A DNA stretch of 55,846 nt, the filler included, from Catajapyx aquilonaris (lineage: Eukaryota), in the NCBI GenBank assembly GCA_000934665.2. It is 3 parts of 3 records of this genome, joined end to end, with 100 filler letters (N's around TTAATTAATTAA, not from the genome) between each part and the next. Parts side by side here need not be neighbours in the genome. Positions count along the whole stretch, not along the records: positions 1 to 18,514 come from JYFJ02006676.1; 2 more parts are not named here. One strand, 5' to 3'. A model generated the notes under the pieces. The model did no database searches, had not been told where the DNA came from, and saw only the letters and a program-made list of their open reading frames with translations. Below are positions 1 to 11,236 of the stretch, piece after piece. Both the position numbers and the translations under genes were made by a program. The number at the start of each line of letters is the position of its first letter. The first letter of the stretch is position 1.

Positions 1-19
1 CCGGTTGGAAACCACTGTA

Positions 20-908
20 GAGCATAAGAAACATATTTTAAAATGGTGTAATACATATTACAAGTTATAAATTGCTTTCTGCTGACTATTAGGCAACGTA
101 TGAAAATTGATCTCAAAAGTTAACAGAACAACTTGGTTGTTTGCTGGCCACACTACCACACACTTTAATAATAAACAAGGCCACTATATATACACTCGTA
201 AATGGACCTGATATTTATTGCGCCAGGCAATAATTCTCGTGTTACAAAACTTTAGCTTGTTCCCAGTGTTTCTTCCTCAAACATCGATGTAAGAAACTCA
301 GTTTCATTATAATCATAACAGTGTACACTTCATAATAGATAATATACATACTGTATAGTAGGCTATGCAGTAGTTCTTTCCTGCATATACAGAAGTCCTC
401 ATCGTCCGTATCTGCATTGTGCATTGGGTTTCTGCTGATTAACACAGAAATGATCAGAACACCAGCAAGTTCAGTGAAAATGATGTTGTTCTTGATACAG
501 CTTCGCTGCAGTTTTTCGCAGGAGAAACCCAATGTAGACATTGACAAGGAGGACTCCTGCACACAGGATATAACTAGTACAGCCTACTGTATACAGTACA
601 GTAGTCTATGTATCTTATTTCTTGTAAACGATATTATCAACAAAAATGATTAAACTTATAATAAAACTGAATTTCTTACATCGATGTCTGAGGAACAAGT
701 TAAAGTTTTGTAACACAAGAATCATTGCCCTGCGCAATAAATATCAGGTCCATTTACGAGTGTATATTGACATTTAAACAAAATTAAAGTGTGTGACCAG
801 CAAACAACCAAGTTGTTCTGTTGATAAGTTTCCTAATAGTCAGCAGAACGCAATTTATAACTATCTTGAAATATGTATTACACCATTTAAAATATGTTTC
901 TTATGCTC
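20..908. mobile_element. Foldback/MITE element with ~350-bp imperfect inverted arms and TA flanks
   Basis: TA|GAGCATAAGAAACATATTTTAAAATGGTG at 18 mirrors CACCATTTAAAATATGTTTCTTATGCTC|TA ending 910; arms about 20-375 and 570-908. The preceding 1-17 (GGTTGGAAACCACTG) looks like the end of a hAT-type element. Confidence 0.75.
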
Positions 909-1069
909 TACTAGAAATCCTGTGATAGGAAAAATCTTAATCAGCTGAATAGTTACACTTATCAAAACATTGATAAGTACATATTTACTGTAAATCTCAT
1001 GCTCTTTAACTTTTGTTTTAGTCGTCTTTCCATAATATTAACTGTTCAAAAAATGAAGCAAAAATAGCT

Positions 1070-1555
1070 GTTTTTGCCGCCATTTTTCCAAGGTGGCGGT
1101 TGTAATAGGTGGCTAAAATCATGGCGACAAGTTGATTTTGCAACTTCTTATTGTCCGTAACAACTTCCCACAAACAGATCAAAATTATCATTAAAATTCC
1201 AGCGGCACGGAATTTTTGAACAATTCTTCCCGCGCTAATCCAGGCGAAGGTAGTAATGGACATTGTCCGCTCGATTCTGGCTGAACGGTTACAGTTATCA
1301 TAATATTGATAGAGTACTCTTCGATGCGACATATAGTTACCGTCATGTTTAATGTCTAATTATTTTTCAGAAAATGAACGGTTAAAAAGATATAACAGAA
1401 AACCCTGTTTTTTCCGCCATTTTTCCAAGATGGCGGCCGTAATATGACGGGTGGGAAATGGCGACAAGTCGATTTTGAAACTTCTCATTATGCTTAACAA
1501 CTTCCAACAAACAGATCAAAATTAACACGCAATATGAGCGGAACTGATTTTTTGA
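1070..1555. repeat. Diverged ~130-bp direct repeat pair, probably internal to a non-autonomous TE
   Basis: 1070-1190 (GCCGCCATTTTTCCAAGGTGGCGG...ACAAACAGATCAAAATT) recurs at 1406-1530 (TCCGCCATTTTTCCAAGATGGCGG...ACAAACAGATCAAAATT). Confidence 0.55.
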
Positions 1556-2538
1556 CCAAATCTACCCGGACTATACCTTGCCAGACGCTTCTTTTCCATG
1601 TATTCATCTTCAGTGAAGTCGTTGACCCCTTTTCCACAGCATCAACAACAACAGGCTTAGCAAAATTTCCCTTTGGAATATTTTTTAACCCTTTAAACAG
1701 CACCATGGGGTTGAGCTTTGTTCCATCACCCATTCCCCCGAACACAACAATGTATCTCAGCTTTTCTTTCCCTGTTGTCCTGCAAATCACTGACTTGACA
1801 CCTTTGATATCACAAGTTTTACTGCTTGGGATATCAAACCACACAGGAGCTTCATCCATGTTGTCAATAAATTTTGTTTTGATACCTTTTGTTTTGGTGT
1901 CCAGATACGAAAAGAAATCTTTGGCCAAGATGGGTACATTCGTTGGTATATTTTGACCAACACTGGTCCCACGCCTGTGGGTGATTTGATATCACTTTAA
2001 AGATCATTGAAGCCACCCATTGGATGCAGAGAATTGTTCACCGCTGTCAGTGTTCTTCCCGGAAAATTTTCAACGCTTGAATTTTAAAATTCTCGCAGGA
2101 AACAGTCGCCCCTTGCTTCCAGAGTGACTGGAACCATTTATACAACTTCACTTCCAGTTCCGGGAATTTTGCGACCTCCACAACACCCTCTTCAGAGTTC
2201 AGTCGCGCCGCATTCTTCTGATGCTACAACCACGCTCATTACGTGGTTTTTCAAGTTCACGCCGCTGCCTCCCCATCCTGCACACAACTTCGTGGGACTT
2301 CCGCAGCCCTCGCTGTAGCACTAACATTCCCTTTGTGTGCATCTAATTTTGCCAGAGTGTCCAGCTTTTTTCCCAGTGAATATGACTTCCGATGTTTTGA
2401 TAAGATTGGTGGCATATTGTCTCTAACAGCCGGGCACCCTAAAATGGGTACCCGGCACGCCGGTATAAAACGAGGTCGACCAGCATGCTGGTCGACCTCG
2501 TTTTATACCGGCGTGCCGCAATACGAGAGGTAATACGG
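1556..2538 (-). pseudogene. pogo/Tigger-family DNA transposon remnant with frameshifted transposase
   Basis: Minus strand: TA|CCGTATTACCTCTCGTATTG pogo-type end at 2538; ATG at 2415 gives MPPILSKHRKSYSLGKKLDTLAKLDAHKGNVSATARAAEVPRSCVQD (N-terminal HTH), then FSASNGWLQ* (CENP-B-type HTH) and NMDEAPVWFD...TTGKEKLRYIVVFGGMGDGTKLNPMVLFKG (DDE_1 domain). Internal stops and frameshifts; 3' truncated near 1556. Confidence 0.85.
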
Positions 2539-2855
2539 TATGAAAGAGTCATTGAGTTAGAAGGAAAACTCAGGTAAGAGCACGTCATTTCAATAATACT
2601 TGGTGACCCAGAACGCTTGGAAAAGTCAAATGAGGAATGGCTTTTAAACATAGCACCACAAGTTTTTGTTGTGTAGAGTAGTAGTTCTGTAACTTTACCC
2701 TGGCCAACTACCCATGAATTCTGAAATGGATGCCTGTAGCAACCAAAAAGAAGTTGCCTGAGAAGATATCTCTTTAGCGCACCAACGGAGCACAAAGACT
2801 ATATTTTCAGAACCACTGATATGTAAGTATTAATTCTCTGGTTTTTGTATTACAG

Positions 2856-3059
2856 ATTTCACATGGATGACACTCGTGATGGGTATGGTGGAGGAGGAGG
2901 GAGGGGAGGAGGTGGTGGTTATGGCCAGAACAGAGGGGGAGGATCCAGCTGGGGTGACAAACAGCCTGGTGAGCGCTTGCGGAAGCCGAAATGGAACCTC
3001 AACTTGCTCACCCCATTTCAGAAGGACTTCTACAAGCCACATCCTGCTGTATCTGGAAG
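2856..3059 (+). CDS. DDX5: DEAD-box RNA helicase DDX5/DDX17 (p68/Rm62-like), RGG-rich N-terminal exon
   Basis: Acceptor ttacag|2856 and donor AG|gtgggg after 3059 (phase 2). Encodes MDDTRDGYGGGGGRGG...PGERLRKPKWNLNLLTPFQKDFYKPHPAVSGR, matching the p68 N-terminal pattern. Start is ATG 2863 or an upstream exon. Confidence 0.85.
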
Positions 3060-3555
3060 GTGGGGAAAGTTTCATGACAAAAGTATTTAATCTTTCACAT
3101 TAATTTCTCAGTCACCAGAGAATATTTTTTGCACCCTGACCTCCAGCCTTCACAGTAACCTGAAGAAAAAATCAAATTTAAAAATTATCAGCAGTCATAT
3201 TCAGAAACACTGGGAACACAAACTTGCAGATGGCCCAGCAAGCAGGCAGTGGAAGATGCTGCAAAGGCTGGCCATATTCCTGCTCAGAACTGGACACTTC
3301 GCATATGTCTTGAGTAACCCATCACCACCCACCTTCCATCATCACTGCACCATCATAGTCACCCCCACATCTCTCACACACATGGGTGACTTACCAGGTG
3401 ATTGGCTGGGGGGATCAGGGTGCATCCATTTCCTGACCCCTCCCAACCCCACCCATACCTAACATCTCTATCCTTCCCAGTCTCACGAGATAAGGGGAGT
3501 AAATATTATACCCACCACATCCTTGGCTGCCAAGGCTGAATACACAAGAGCCATA

Positions 3556-4129
3556 CAGGGTGTTTCAACTTCTTTGTCCGAACAGTTATCGGAAATATTG
3601 CACTAAGCTGCTACTTTGTAAGCAGTGTATGCCACTTAATAATAATATAATAATAATAATAATCCGGGTAGTGCTTGACCTCATCTGAGGTATATAGCAC
3701 GGACCTTTATTTTATACTCATACATACATCGGAACCTTTATACGTAACGCCCGGGCCCACGGGCAGGATGACAGGAGATGTGCAAGGTGTAGTGCAATGT
3801 CTTAAACGTGGCCATTTTTAGTGAACTCCCCTGGGTGGTTTAGTCTGTAGGAAATACCACCCGAGACGAAGCCAGAGGTGACCCAATGAACTCTGCACGA
3901 GATGAAGGGGGTGTCCCCGGGCTGGGATCGAACCCGGGACCTTAACATCCGTGGGCGCGTGCGTTACCGCAGCACCACTCCGCCTCCCCCAGTGCATGCC
4001 ACTTCAACCTAAGATTCGCAGGGAATTTTCCCCATTCCTCCGACAAACCAGTTGCAACTGCTTACAAAGTAGCAGCTTGTAGTGCAATATTTCCGATAAC
4101 TGTTCGGACCAAAAAGTTGAAACACCCTG
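3556..4129. mobile_element. Tc1/mariner-type MITE (TA|CAGGGTG ends) interrupted by a SINE
   Basis: TA|CAGGGTGTTTCAACTTCTTTGTCCGAACAGTTATCGG versus CCGATAACTGTTCGGACCAAAAAGTTGAAACACCCTG|TA; arms about 70 bp. Confidence 0.85.
3638..3989 (-). mobile_element. tRNA-derived SINE family A, full length
   Basis: Near-identical reverse copy of 18766-19171; Pol III A/B boxes (GGTTCGATCCC); (ATT)n tail; 15-bp TSD CAGTG(T/C)ATGCCACTT at 3623-3637 and 3990-4004. Confidence 0.85.
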
Positions 4130-4152
4130 TATAAGCCAAGCACTTCCCTTAA

Positions 4153-5184
4153 GGGGGCCGGGTCATTAGGTTTCCCGCGACTTTCTAGGCGGAAGCGAGT
4201 GAAAATCGGGTGCGCTGACTTGTCTTCGTTCGACGAATCCTGGCGCGCTGTTTGAGATACGGACACACGGTTTTTTGCATCGTCCGGAGAAAGAGCTGGC
4301 ACTTCTTCCGGTCATGGAACGGTTCTAATCAGCCAATAAGTAATCGATGGGCAATGGGAAACACATTTTGGAATTGACGTCACAGGGGCGTCGCAACGGA
4401 GCCGGCCATTTGAATTTGACGTCATCGAATGTGTAGCCCCCCGATTATCTCCGGGCGGACCGATTTTGGAGTCATTTGGGCAGTTTTCATGGCACATGGT
4501 GGAAACGCTAGACCCCCCGCCACTAAACCCGAAAGCAGGTCTGCCGATCGGAGGGAGAAAGGCAACAGTGCCGCCGCCAAAGCCTACGTAATAAATAGCC
4601 TGAACTCTCCAAGTTATTCTATTGCCTACTTTTACTTTACACACTGGCCGCATCACTGAGATGGCGCCAAGGCGCAGCTGATGTTCTCCCAATTGCCTAC
4701 ACAATAAAACAACATAATAATCAAAGCCTACATAATATTATTACAATATAGTGATAAAAAGAATTATTAAGGTTATTATTATTATTATATTGTTGTTGTT
4801 ATTATTATTATTATTGTTGTTGTTATTGTTATTATTGTTGTTGTTGTTGTTATTATTATTATTATGATTTGCGAGTAAATGAAAGGGACTTCTGGTGACG
4901 CTACACATTCGAAGACGCCAAATTCAAATGGCCGGCTCCGTTGTGACGCCCCTGTGACGTCAATTCCAAAATGTGTTTCCCATTGCCCATCGATTACTTA
5001 TTGGCTGATTAGAACCGTTCCATGACCGGAACAAGCGCCATCTCTTTCTCCGGACGATGCAAAAAACCGTATGTCCGTATCTCAAACAGCGCGCCGGGAT
5101 TCGTCGAACGAAGACGAGTCAGCGCACCCGATTTTCGCTCGCTGCCGCCTAGAAAGTGGTGGGAAACCTAATGACCCGGGCCCC
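4153..5184. mobile_element. Foldback element with TTAA target duplication and purine termini (Kolobok-like)
   Basis: TTAA|GGGGGCCGGGTCATTAGGTTTCCC ... GGGAAACCTAATGACCCGGGCCCC|TTAA; arms about 285 bp (4153-4437 and 4900-5184); (TAT/TGT)n microsatellite at about 4770-4865 in the spacer. Confidence 0.8.
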
Positions 5185-5550
5185 TTAAGGGGGCTCAGTT
5201 GCAAAAATACGATAAAGCAGATGGCTCCTGTCAAAGTGAGCCTACCGATTGTTTGTACAACAATAGAAGGCATTTGTTGCCCCCTCTCAAGCAATCCCCC
5301 CTCACGTTGACGCCTTCCCCCATCTTCCTGCCCTACATTTGCACGTCATAGACTTGCGTCTAGCCTCGTATCACTACACAACAAGCAGCACCCCTGGTGA
5401 CGACCCCAACAAACCTGTTTTTGCATCAGTCATCAATCATTTATTATCCTCCCTGCCTCATTCTCGCAGGGAGGGACACCAGCATAACAAGGAATAATAC
5501 ATAGTATAATAATAATAATAATAATAATAATTAATAATAATAATAATAAT

Positions 5551-5925
5551 GGGGGAGGTGTGGTGGCCGTGATGGTAACGTCACGGCTTGCTGAGTGAAA
5601 GGCCCCAGGTTCGATCCCCGCCTGGGGAACTTTCCTTTCACCTACGTCAGGAGGGTCTCTGACCTGCACCTAGGAGGTGTCTGGCAACCTAACCTCCTGG
5701 GGAACAGCACATGACCCATGTTGTAGACATTGCACTTGCACCCCATGTTCCCTCCCCAAAAATCCCTACCCCTACCCTACATCCTTGACTCCTTGCACCG
5801 GTGACTGAAGAAAAATGACAGAGAAAACTGATGGTGGTGTGCCACCCCCCAAATAGGCCATTGATGCCTGGCACGGGGTAAATTAAAATAAAAAATAAAA
5901 ATAATAATAATAATAATAATAAAAA
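5551..5925 (+). mobile_element. tRNA-derived SINE family B
   Basis: GGGGAGGTGTGGTGGCCGTGATGGTAAC (A box) and GGTTCGATCCCC (B box); A/AAT-rich tail; second copy at 15669. Confidence 0.8.
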
Positions 5926-7607
5926 TGATACAGAGCTCTCTCTCTCTCTCTTGCAGGTTTGGTATTTCCTGGTATACATACATACCTACATACATTCATA
6001 CATTTCCTTCACGGCATATTTCCATACAAGTTCAGTATTTCCTGGTATACAAGTTCAGTTCCCCTTAGTATGAACAGTTTTTTATCCAATCAGCAATATA
6101 ACCAAAATAATAAAATAGAGCTTGCAATTGGGTGTCTGAGGGGTCCAGCAATGCCCTCCCCATGTTTCTCGGCTAAACTCCATATACTCCTGTCTTACTT
6201 TCCCTCTTCCTCCCTCAAACAACCTACATTCCCACCATAGATGGTACCAATCACCCACATTTCCTTGGTAGCATAGGCTACATGGTTCTTCCGGGTCAAT
6301 AGATATACAGTCGAATCCCTCTACTGTATAACGAAATTGAAGGGAACCTAATTTTCTTTCGTTGTATGAGAAATTCGTTATATAAAAAACGCTTTTAAAG
6401 CTCACTTTTTTTTTCGATATTTAGGCGTTATACAGGGTGATCAAACTTTTTTGTCGTTTTAGTTATTGACAAATTCGGCCTAAGCTGCTTGTATTGTCAC
6501 GCGTTGCCTGGCAACCCCGTACGGCGGGCCAATTCAAACATCAGCACATGGAGAGTGCTTCCATTGTTGCCACTGTTTACAAATCGAGTGAGTGACGCGG
6601 ACGACACAGCGAAGGTTTCTGCCTGCTTACACATCAGTAGCAAGGGATACGCAGGGAAAATAATGATGTTACTGAGAACAAGTCATTTTGGGGAAATGTT
6701 CCTTGCTGGACGCAAAGAAAGGTTTTCGTCCACAACACACCTGCACACGAAATATATTCCATCGCTGAGGAGGTCGAGTGTCAATTCAGATCAGGGGTGT
6801 GCTAATTGAAAGTACGTCAACTGATGGATTCTCTCGGTTTTTGTGTCTTTTCCGCATCACTCGACCACCGCTAAGACGAATGGAGGCCATGCCCTGTTTG
6901 TCAGACACCGAGTCTGTCTCGTAATTTGTCCCCATAAGACGTCATAATTCAAAATGGCCTCCCCATATATATGAGTACGTGTCATTCGTGTCATATTGGC
7001 GACAGGAAGAGGAACAGGACTACTATAGGATTTTTTAATACTGGCCCCTGTGTTTTACTCTAAATAACGCCCAGCTAGGAAAAGGGTCCAAAAAAGAACT
7101 ATTTATTTATTTACTTTTTATTTATTTATTTTATTTAATTTACCCCGTGATGTCCCTTTAAGGGCCGGTTGCACCAGTCGCGGTATATGGAAAACGGCGG
7201 GTTTTCACTCCGGTATACCGCGAGAAGTGTTGCGCCACCTACGGTTTTTCTAAAACGGCCCGTTCTCCCTCCCATTTACCGCCCGATCCATCTACCCGCC
7301 GATCCTGCAGCACAAGTTGCTTATACCGCGGGTTTATGGTGTCGTCATGGTTGCGGACTGGTGCTAGGGATTTCGTGTACTGTGTGACACCAGGTGGCAA
7401 CCCTGCCACATGGTTGCTGTAGATACGAGACGACTAGCCATACTTCCATGACGTCACGGATTGCGTCACAGGTGCTGCGATCCAATCAGCGCTCTCCAAA
7501 AATTTTGCCCGCTTACGTCTCTCATGAGCCAGTGTACTACCGAAAACGCCGCGTTTATCTGGACCGGTGCAACGCTATAGAATAAACCCGCGGTTTTTCA
7601 TGGTATA

Positions 7608-9049
7608 CAGGGTGATCCAACTCTATGGCACCAGTAGTTATTGGAAAAATCGCGCAAGCTGCTTGTTTATAAGCAGGTCGTTGCTAAGAGATGCTTTCTG
7701 GCTCTTTCTGGAGAATCGGGAGTAGCACCTGCTGATATTAGGTCCAATGCCCATGTAACAATATTAATGAGGGAAAAAAGGGTCATCCGTGGGAAACAGG
7801 CCTGTTCTGGTCTTCGCTGGAGGGTTTCACATGAGGTCACTAGCTGCCAAACCAGAGGCCTAATTCGTCGGAAGTGGACAGACCCGGGTGTGTCAATAAA
7901 TAGGCCTTCTGGTCTGTTCATTGTTGGCCGCAGTTGGCGCAACTGGGACAGGTCAACAGGCAGCGTTGTTTAGTTACCAGTCTTAGCAACTGCTGATATT
8001 TTAGGTCCAATGCCCATACATGTACCAATTAATGAGAGAATGCCCAATGCAGACTGTACTGTTAGAACCCTAGAAGCCCTTGGGCGGCCCTCAAACAGGC
8101 CCCCTGAGTAAGGCATGTCCTGGTCCTGACTCTACAAGAACTATTTATTTACTGGTAACTAAACAACGCTGCCTGTTGACCTGTCTCGGTTGCGCCAACT
8201 GCGGCCAACAATGAACAGACCAGAAGGCCTATTTATTGACACGCCCGGGTCTGTCCAGTTCCGACGGATTAGGCCTGTGGTTTGGCAGCTAGTGACCTCA
8301 TGTGAAACCCTCCAGCGAACACCAGAACAGGCCTGTTTCCCACGGATGACCCTTTTTTCCCTCATTAATTGTTACATGGGCATTGGACCTAATATCAGCA
8401 GGTGCTATTCCCGATTCTCCAGAAAGTATCTCTTATTGATCTCTTAGCAACGACCTGCTTATAAACAAGCAGCTTGCTGATTCTTCCAATAACTGTTGGT
8501 GCCATTGAGTACGTTTACATGGGACTAAAAATCGGCCTGACCCAGGCTTCCTAAGCAAGGCCTATCTACGCAAAGCCTGCTCCCACTTCTGCCACTGCTA
8601 CATGGGACTGACTATACCGGGCACTACATGGGACCGAGGGGGTGAGCCGCCCGAAAATAGTCCCTACCATGCCGGGCCATACTCCGCTCCTCACAGCAAA
8701 ATGTGCAATATGTGTAGCTCTGCAGCTACCGCATGGGCTGCCCGTGATAATTAGGCAGTTGAATTACATGTACCAGCATTGTTTATTCGAGAAAGCCATA
8801 GATACGGGGGGATTATTTTCGCGGCCGGTAGTCCACTCAGAAGCAAGACCTGGGCTGTCCCCTAGCAGCCCATCACCGCCATCGCCTTAGGTGGACCACC
8901 CGATCCAAAAGGCTTGGGCTGCGCCTGACAACGGATTAGATAAGGCCGGTCTATCGTAGGCCCAGCGGCTACCGGTTCGCCTAGCATAGGCCGTAGCTAG
9001 GCCGATTTTTAGTCCCATGTAAACGTACTCATAGAGTTGGATCACCCTG
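7608..9049. mobile_element. Tc1/mariner-type foldback MITE (TA|CAGGGTG) with ~375-bp arms
   Basis: TA|CAGGGTGATCCAACTCTATGGCAC ... GTGCC[insertion]ATAGAGTTGGATCACCCTG|TA; arms 7608-~7985 versus ~8155-8506 plus 9031-9049. Confidence 0.85.
8507..9030. mobile_element. MITE with 32-bp TIRs inserted within the right TIR of the 7608-9049 element
   Basis: GAGTACGTTTACATGGGACTAAAAATCGGCCT ... AGGCCGATTTTTAGTCCCATGTAAACGTACTC; flanks ATT/ATA at a host ATA site. Superfamily uncertain, possibly Harbinger-like. Confidence 0.8.
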
Positions 9050-9158
9050 TATACCGTGTACCCGCGGTGCAGGGTTCTTCCATATACCGTTCCATATACC
9101 GCGACCGGTGCAACCGGCCCTAAGGGAGCTATAGGGGGGTAGTATACCACCAACAGTG

Positions 9159-9865
9159 TTTTTGACTGGTTGCCAAAGTTACGCCTAAAGGTGAATTTTT
9201 TATGACACGTCTCGTAGGCCCAAAAATTCCCCCCGTGAACCCTGGATAGTGCAAATCTTTGTCTATGTAATGATATATTTGAAACTTAGAATGTTTATAT
9301 TAATTCATATGTTGGGTTAGCTTGCGTCTCCCTTCATCGCTGACTACCCCTCATAGGGAAATGTCGTGATGTTCTTGTTGTTGTAGAAATCGCCATTCGT
9401 GTAATCATAATTAAGTTAATTGCACACCTCAGTTATCTCTGCCATTTATAATCCGAATTACTTCGCATGATAAAATTACACAGAGCTCTATTACACTACA
9501 CTATTAAAAAGTATCGCCGTCTATTCTCGCCAGAAAGCGGGCTGGGTACTTTTTTATTACTTACTAAAACAATACTTTTCAATTTTTTAGTGTAAGTTAA
9601 TAGAGAACGGTGTAATTTTATAACGCACATTTCTGGCTTGCCGTCGATACATTTGCAAAGTAATTCGGATTATAGATGGCCGAGATAACTGAGGTGTGCA
9701 ATTAACTGAATTATGATTACACAAATGCCTATTTCTAAGTTTCAAATATATCATTAGATAGACAAAGATTTGCACTATCCAGGGTTCACAGGAGGAATTT
9801 TTGGGCCTACGAGCAGTGTCATAAAAATTCACTTTGCGGCGTAACTTTGGCAACTAGTTAAAAAA
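9159..9865. repeat. Inverted-repeat element in the spacer of the 6433-10640 foldback
   Basis: 9159-9265 mirrors 9759-9865, and 9384-9463 mirrors 9658-9738. Confidence 0.7.
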
Positions 9866-11236
9866 TGATGCTTTTCCACCTTCTTCTTGCGATAAAAAAT
9901 TACACAATGAAGATAGGTAATCAACTCACATATATGTTGCGTAGATTTAAACAAGACTTCTAACGATGTATAACGTTATTTTTTGGACCCTTTTCCTGGG
10001 CGTTATTTAGAGTAAAACACAGGGGCCAGTATTAAAAAATCCGATAGTAGTCCTGTTCCTCTTCCTGTCGCCAATATGACACGAATGACACGTACTCATA
10101 TATATGGGGAGGCCATTTTGAATTATGACGTCTTATGGGGACAAATTACGAGACAGACTCGGTGTCTGACAAACAGGGCATAGCCTCCATTCGTCTTAGC
10201 GGTGGTCGAGTGATGCGGAAACGACACAAAAACCTAGAGAATCCGTCGGTTGACTTGACGTACTTTCAATTAGCACACCCCTGATCTTAATTGACACTCC
10301 CTCCTCAGCGATGGAATATATTTCGTGTGCAGGTGTGTTGTGGACGAAAACCTTTCTTTGAGTCCAGCAAGGAACATTTCCCCAAAATGACTTGTTCTCA
10401 TTAACATCATTATTTTCCCTGCATACCCCTTGCTGCAGATGTGTAAGCAGGCAGAAACCTTCGCTGTGTCGTCCGCGTCACTCACTCGATTTGTAAACAG
10501 TGGCAACAATGGAAGCACTCTCCATGTGCTGATGTTTGAATTGGCCCGCCGTACGGGGTTGCCTGGCAACGCGCTACAATATAAGCAGCTTAGGCCGAAT
10601 TTGTCAATAACTAAAACGACAAAAAAGTGTGATCACCCTGTATTAAGCCCAGGTAGTGGGAAAAATAGTTAAAAAATTCTTCTGCGCTAAATTAGAGCAT
10701 CTCACAAACGATGCAAAAGCGACAACAATAAGCTACAGAAAACACCGGAGGACTGCACCAGATGCAGTCCAGGCCCTTCTCCTTTTCCGCTCTCGCCCTC
10801 ATCCCACCGTTTAGGCACATATGATAAGTCCCCGTCTGGGAGTTCCGTTCCAGATGTGATTCGTTTTGCTGCGCAAATTTCCGATGAATTTTCCCAGGTT
10901 TTAGCCACCTGCCTCCTTCCCTGGGGGGGCCACGTGCTAGCAATAAATCCAGTGGGCAGCTCTGAGTCACTGCTCGACAGCCCTCCCCCCTCCCAGAGAA
11001 TCCTTTCCCTTCCATTAGGACCCCAAATTATCAACTTTTGGACGGAATGTGTGAAAAAAGGTTGAATCCCGAACACACAGGTGGTGATTTATGGCCCAAT
11101 TTGCCCACTTCCGCCCTTTTTCGGCCAAGAGGTGGGACTGGAGGAGCGAAATTTTTTCGTTACATGGGAACCGAAACCAAAAATTCTTTCGTTAAAAGTG
11201 GAAATTTTTAACATGGGTTTATATGGGGCCTCTCAC

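Larger units (their letters stand above)
7162..9120. mobile_element. PIF/Harbinger-type MITE (TAA TSD)
   Basis: TAA|GGGCCGGTTGCACCAGTCGCGGTATATGGAA ... TTCCATATACCGCGACCGGTGCAACCGGCCC|TAA. Confidence 0.85.
7100..9165 (-). mobile_element. 3' fragment of SINE family B split by a Harbinger-type MITE
   Basis: 7100-7158 is the reverse complement of the SINE-B tail (CACGGGGTAAATTAAA...); 9124-9165 continues it (reverse of AAAACTGATGGTGGTGTGCCACCCCCC, diverged). Confidence 0.6.
6433..10640. mobile_element. Large Tc1/mariner-type foldback element (TA|CAGGGTG) with ~670-bp arms, host of nested insertions
   Basis: TA|CAGGGTGATCAAACTTTTTTGTCGTTTTAG versus CTAAAACGACAAAAAAGTGTGATCACCCTG|TA; arms 6433-~7100 and ~9975-10640. 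Explains the mirrored ORFs 6489+ and 10270-. Confidence 0.9.

Noticed and set aside
6489..10569. Pairs of near-identical ORFs on opposite strands (6489/10270, 7641/8159, 4009/5071, 11301/12402) as duplicated genes
   Set aside because: By-products of inverted-repeat arms; no recognisable domains or splice structure.
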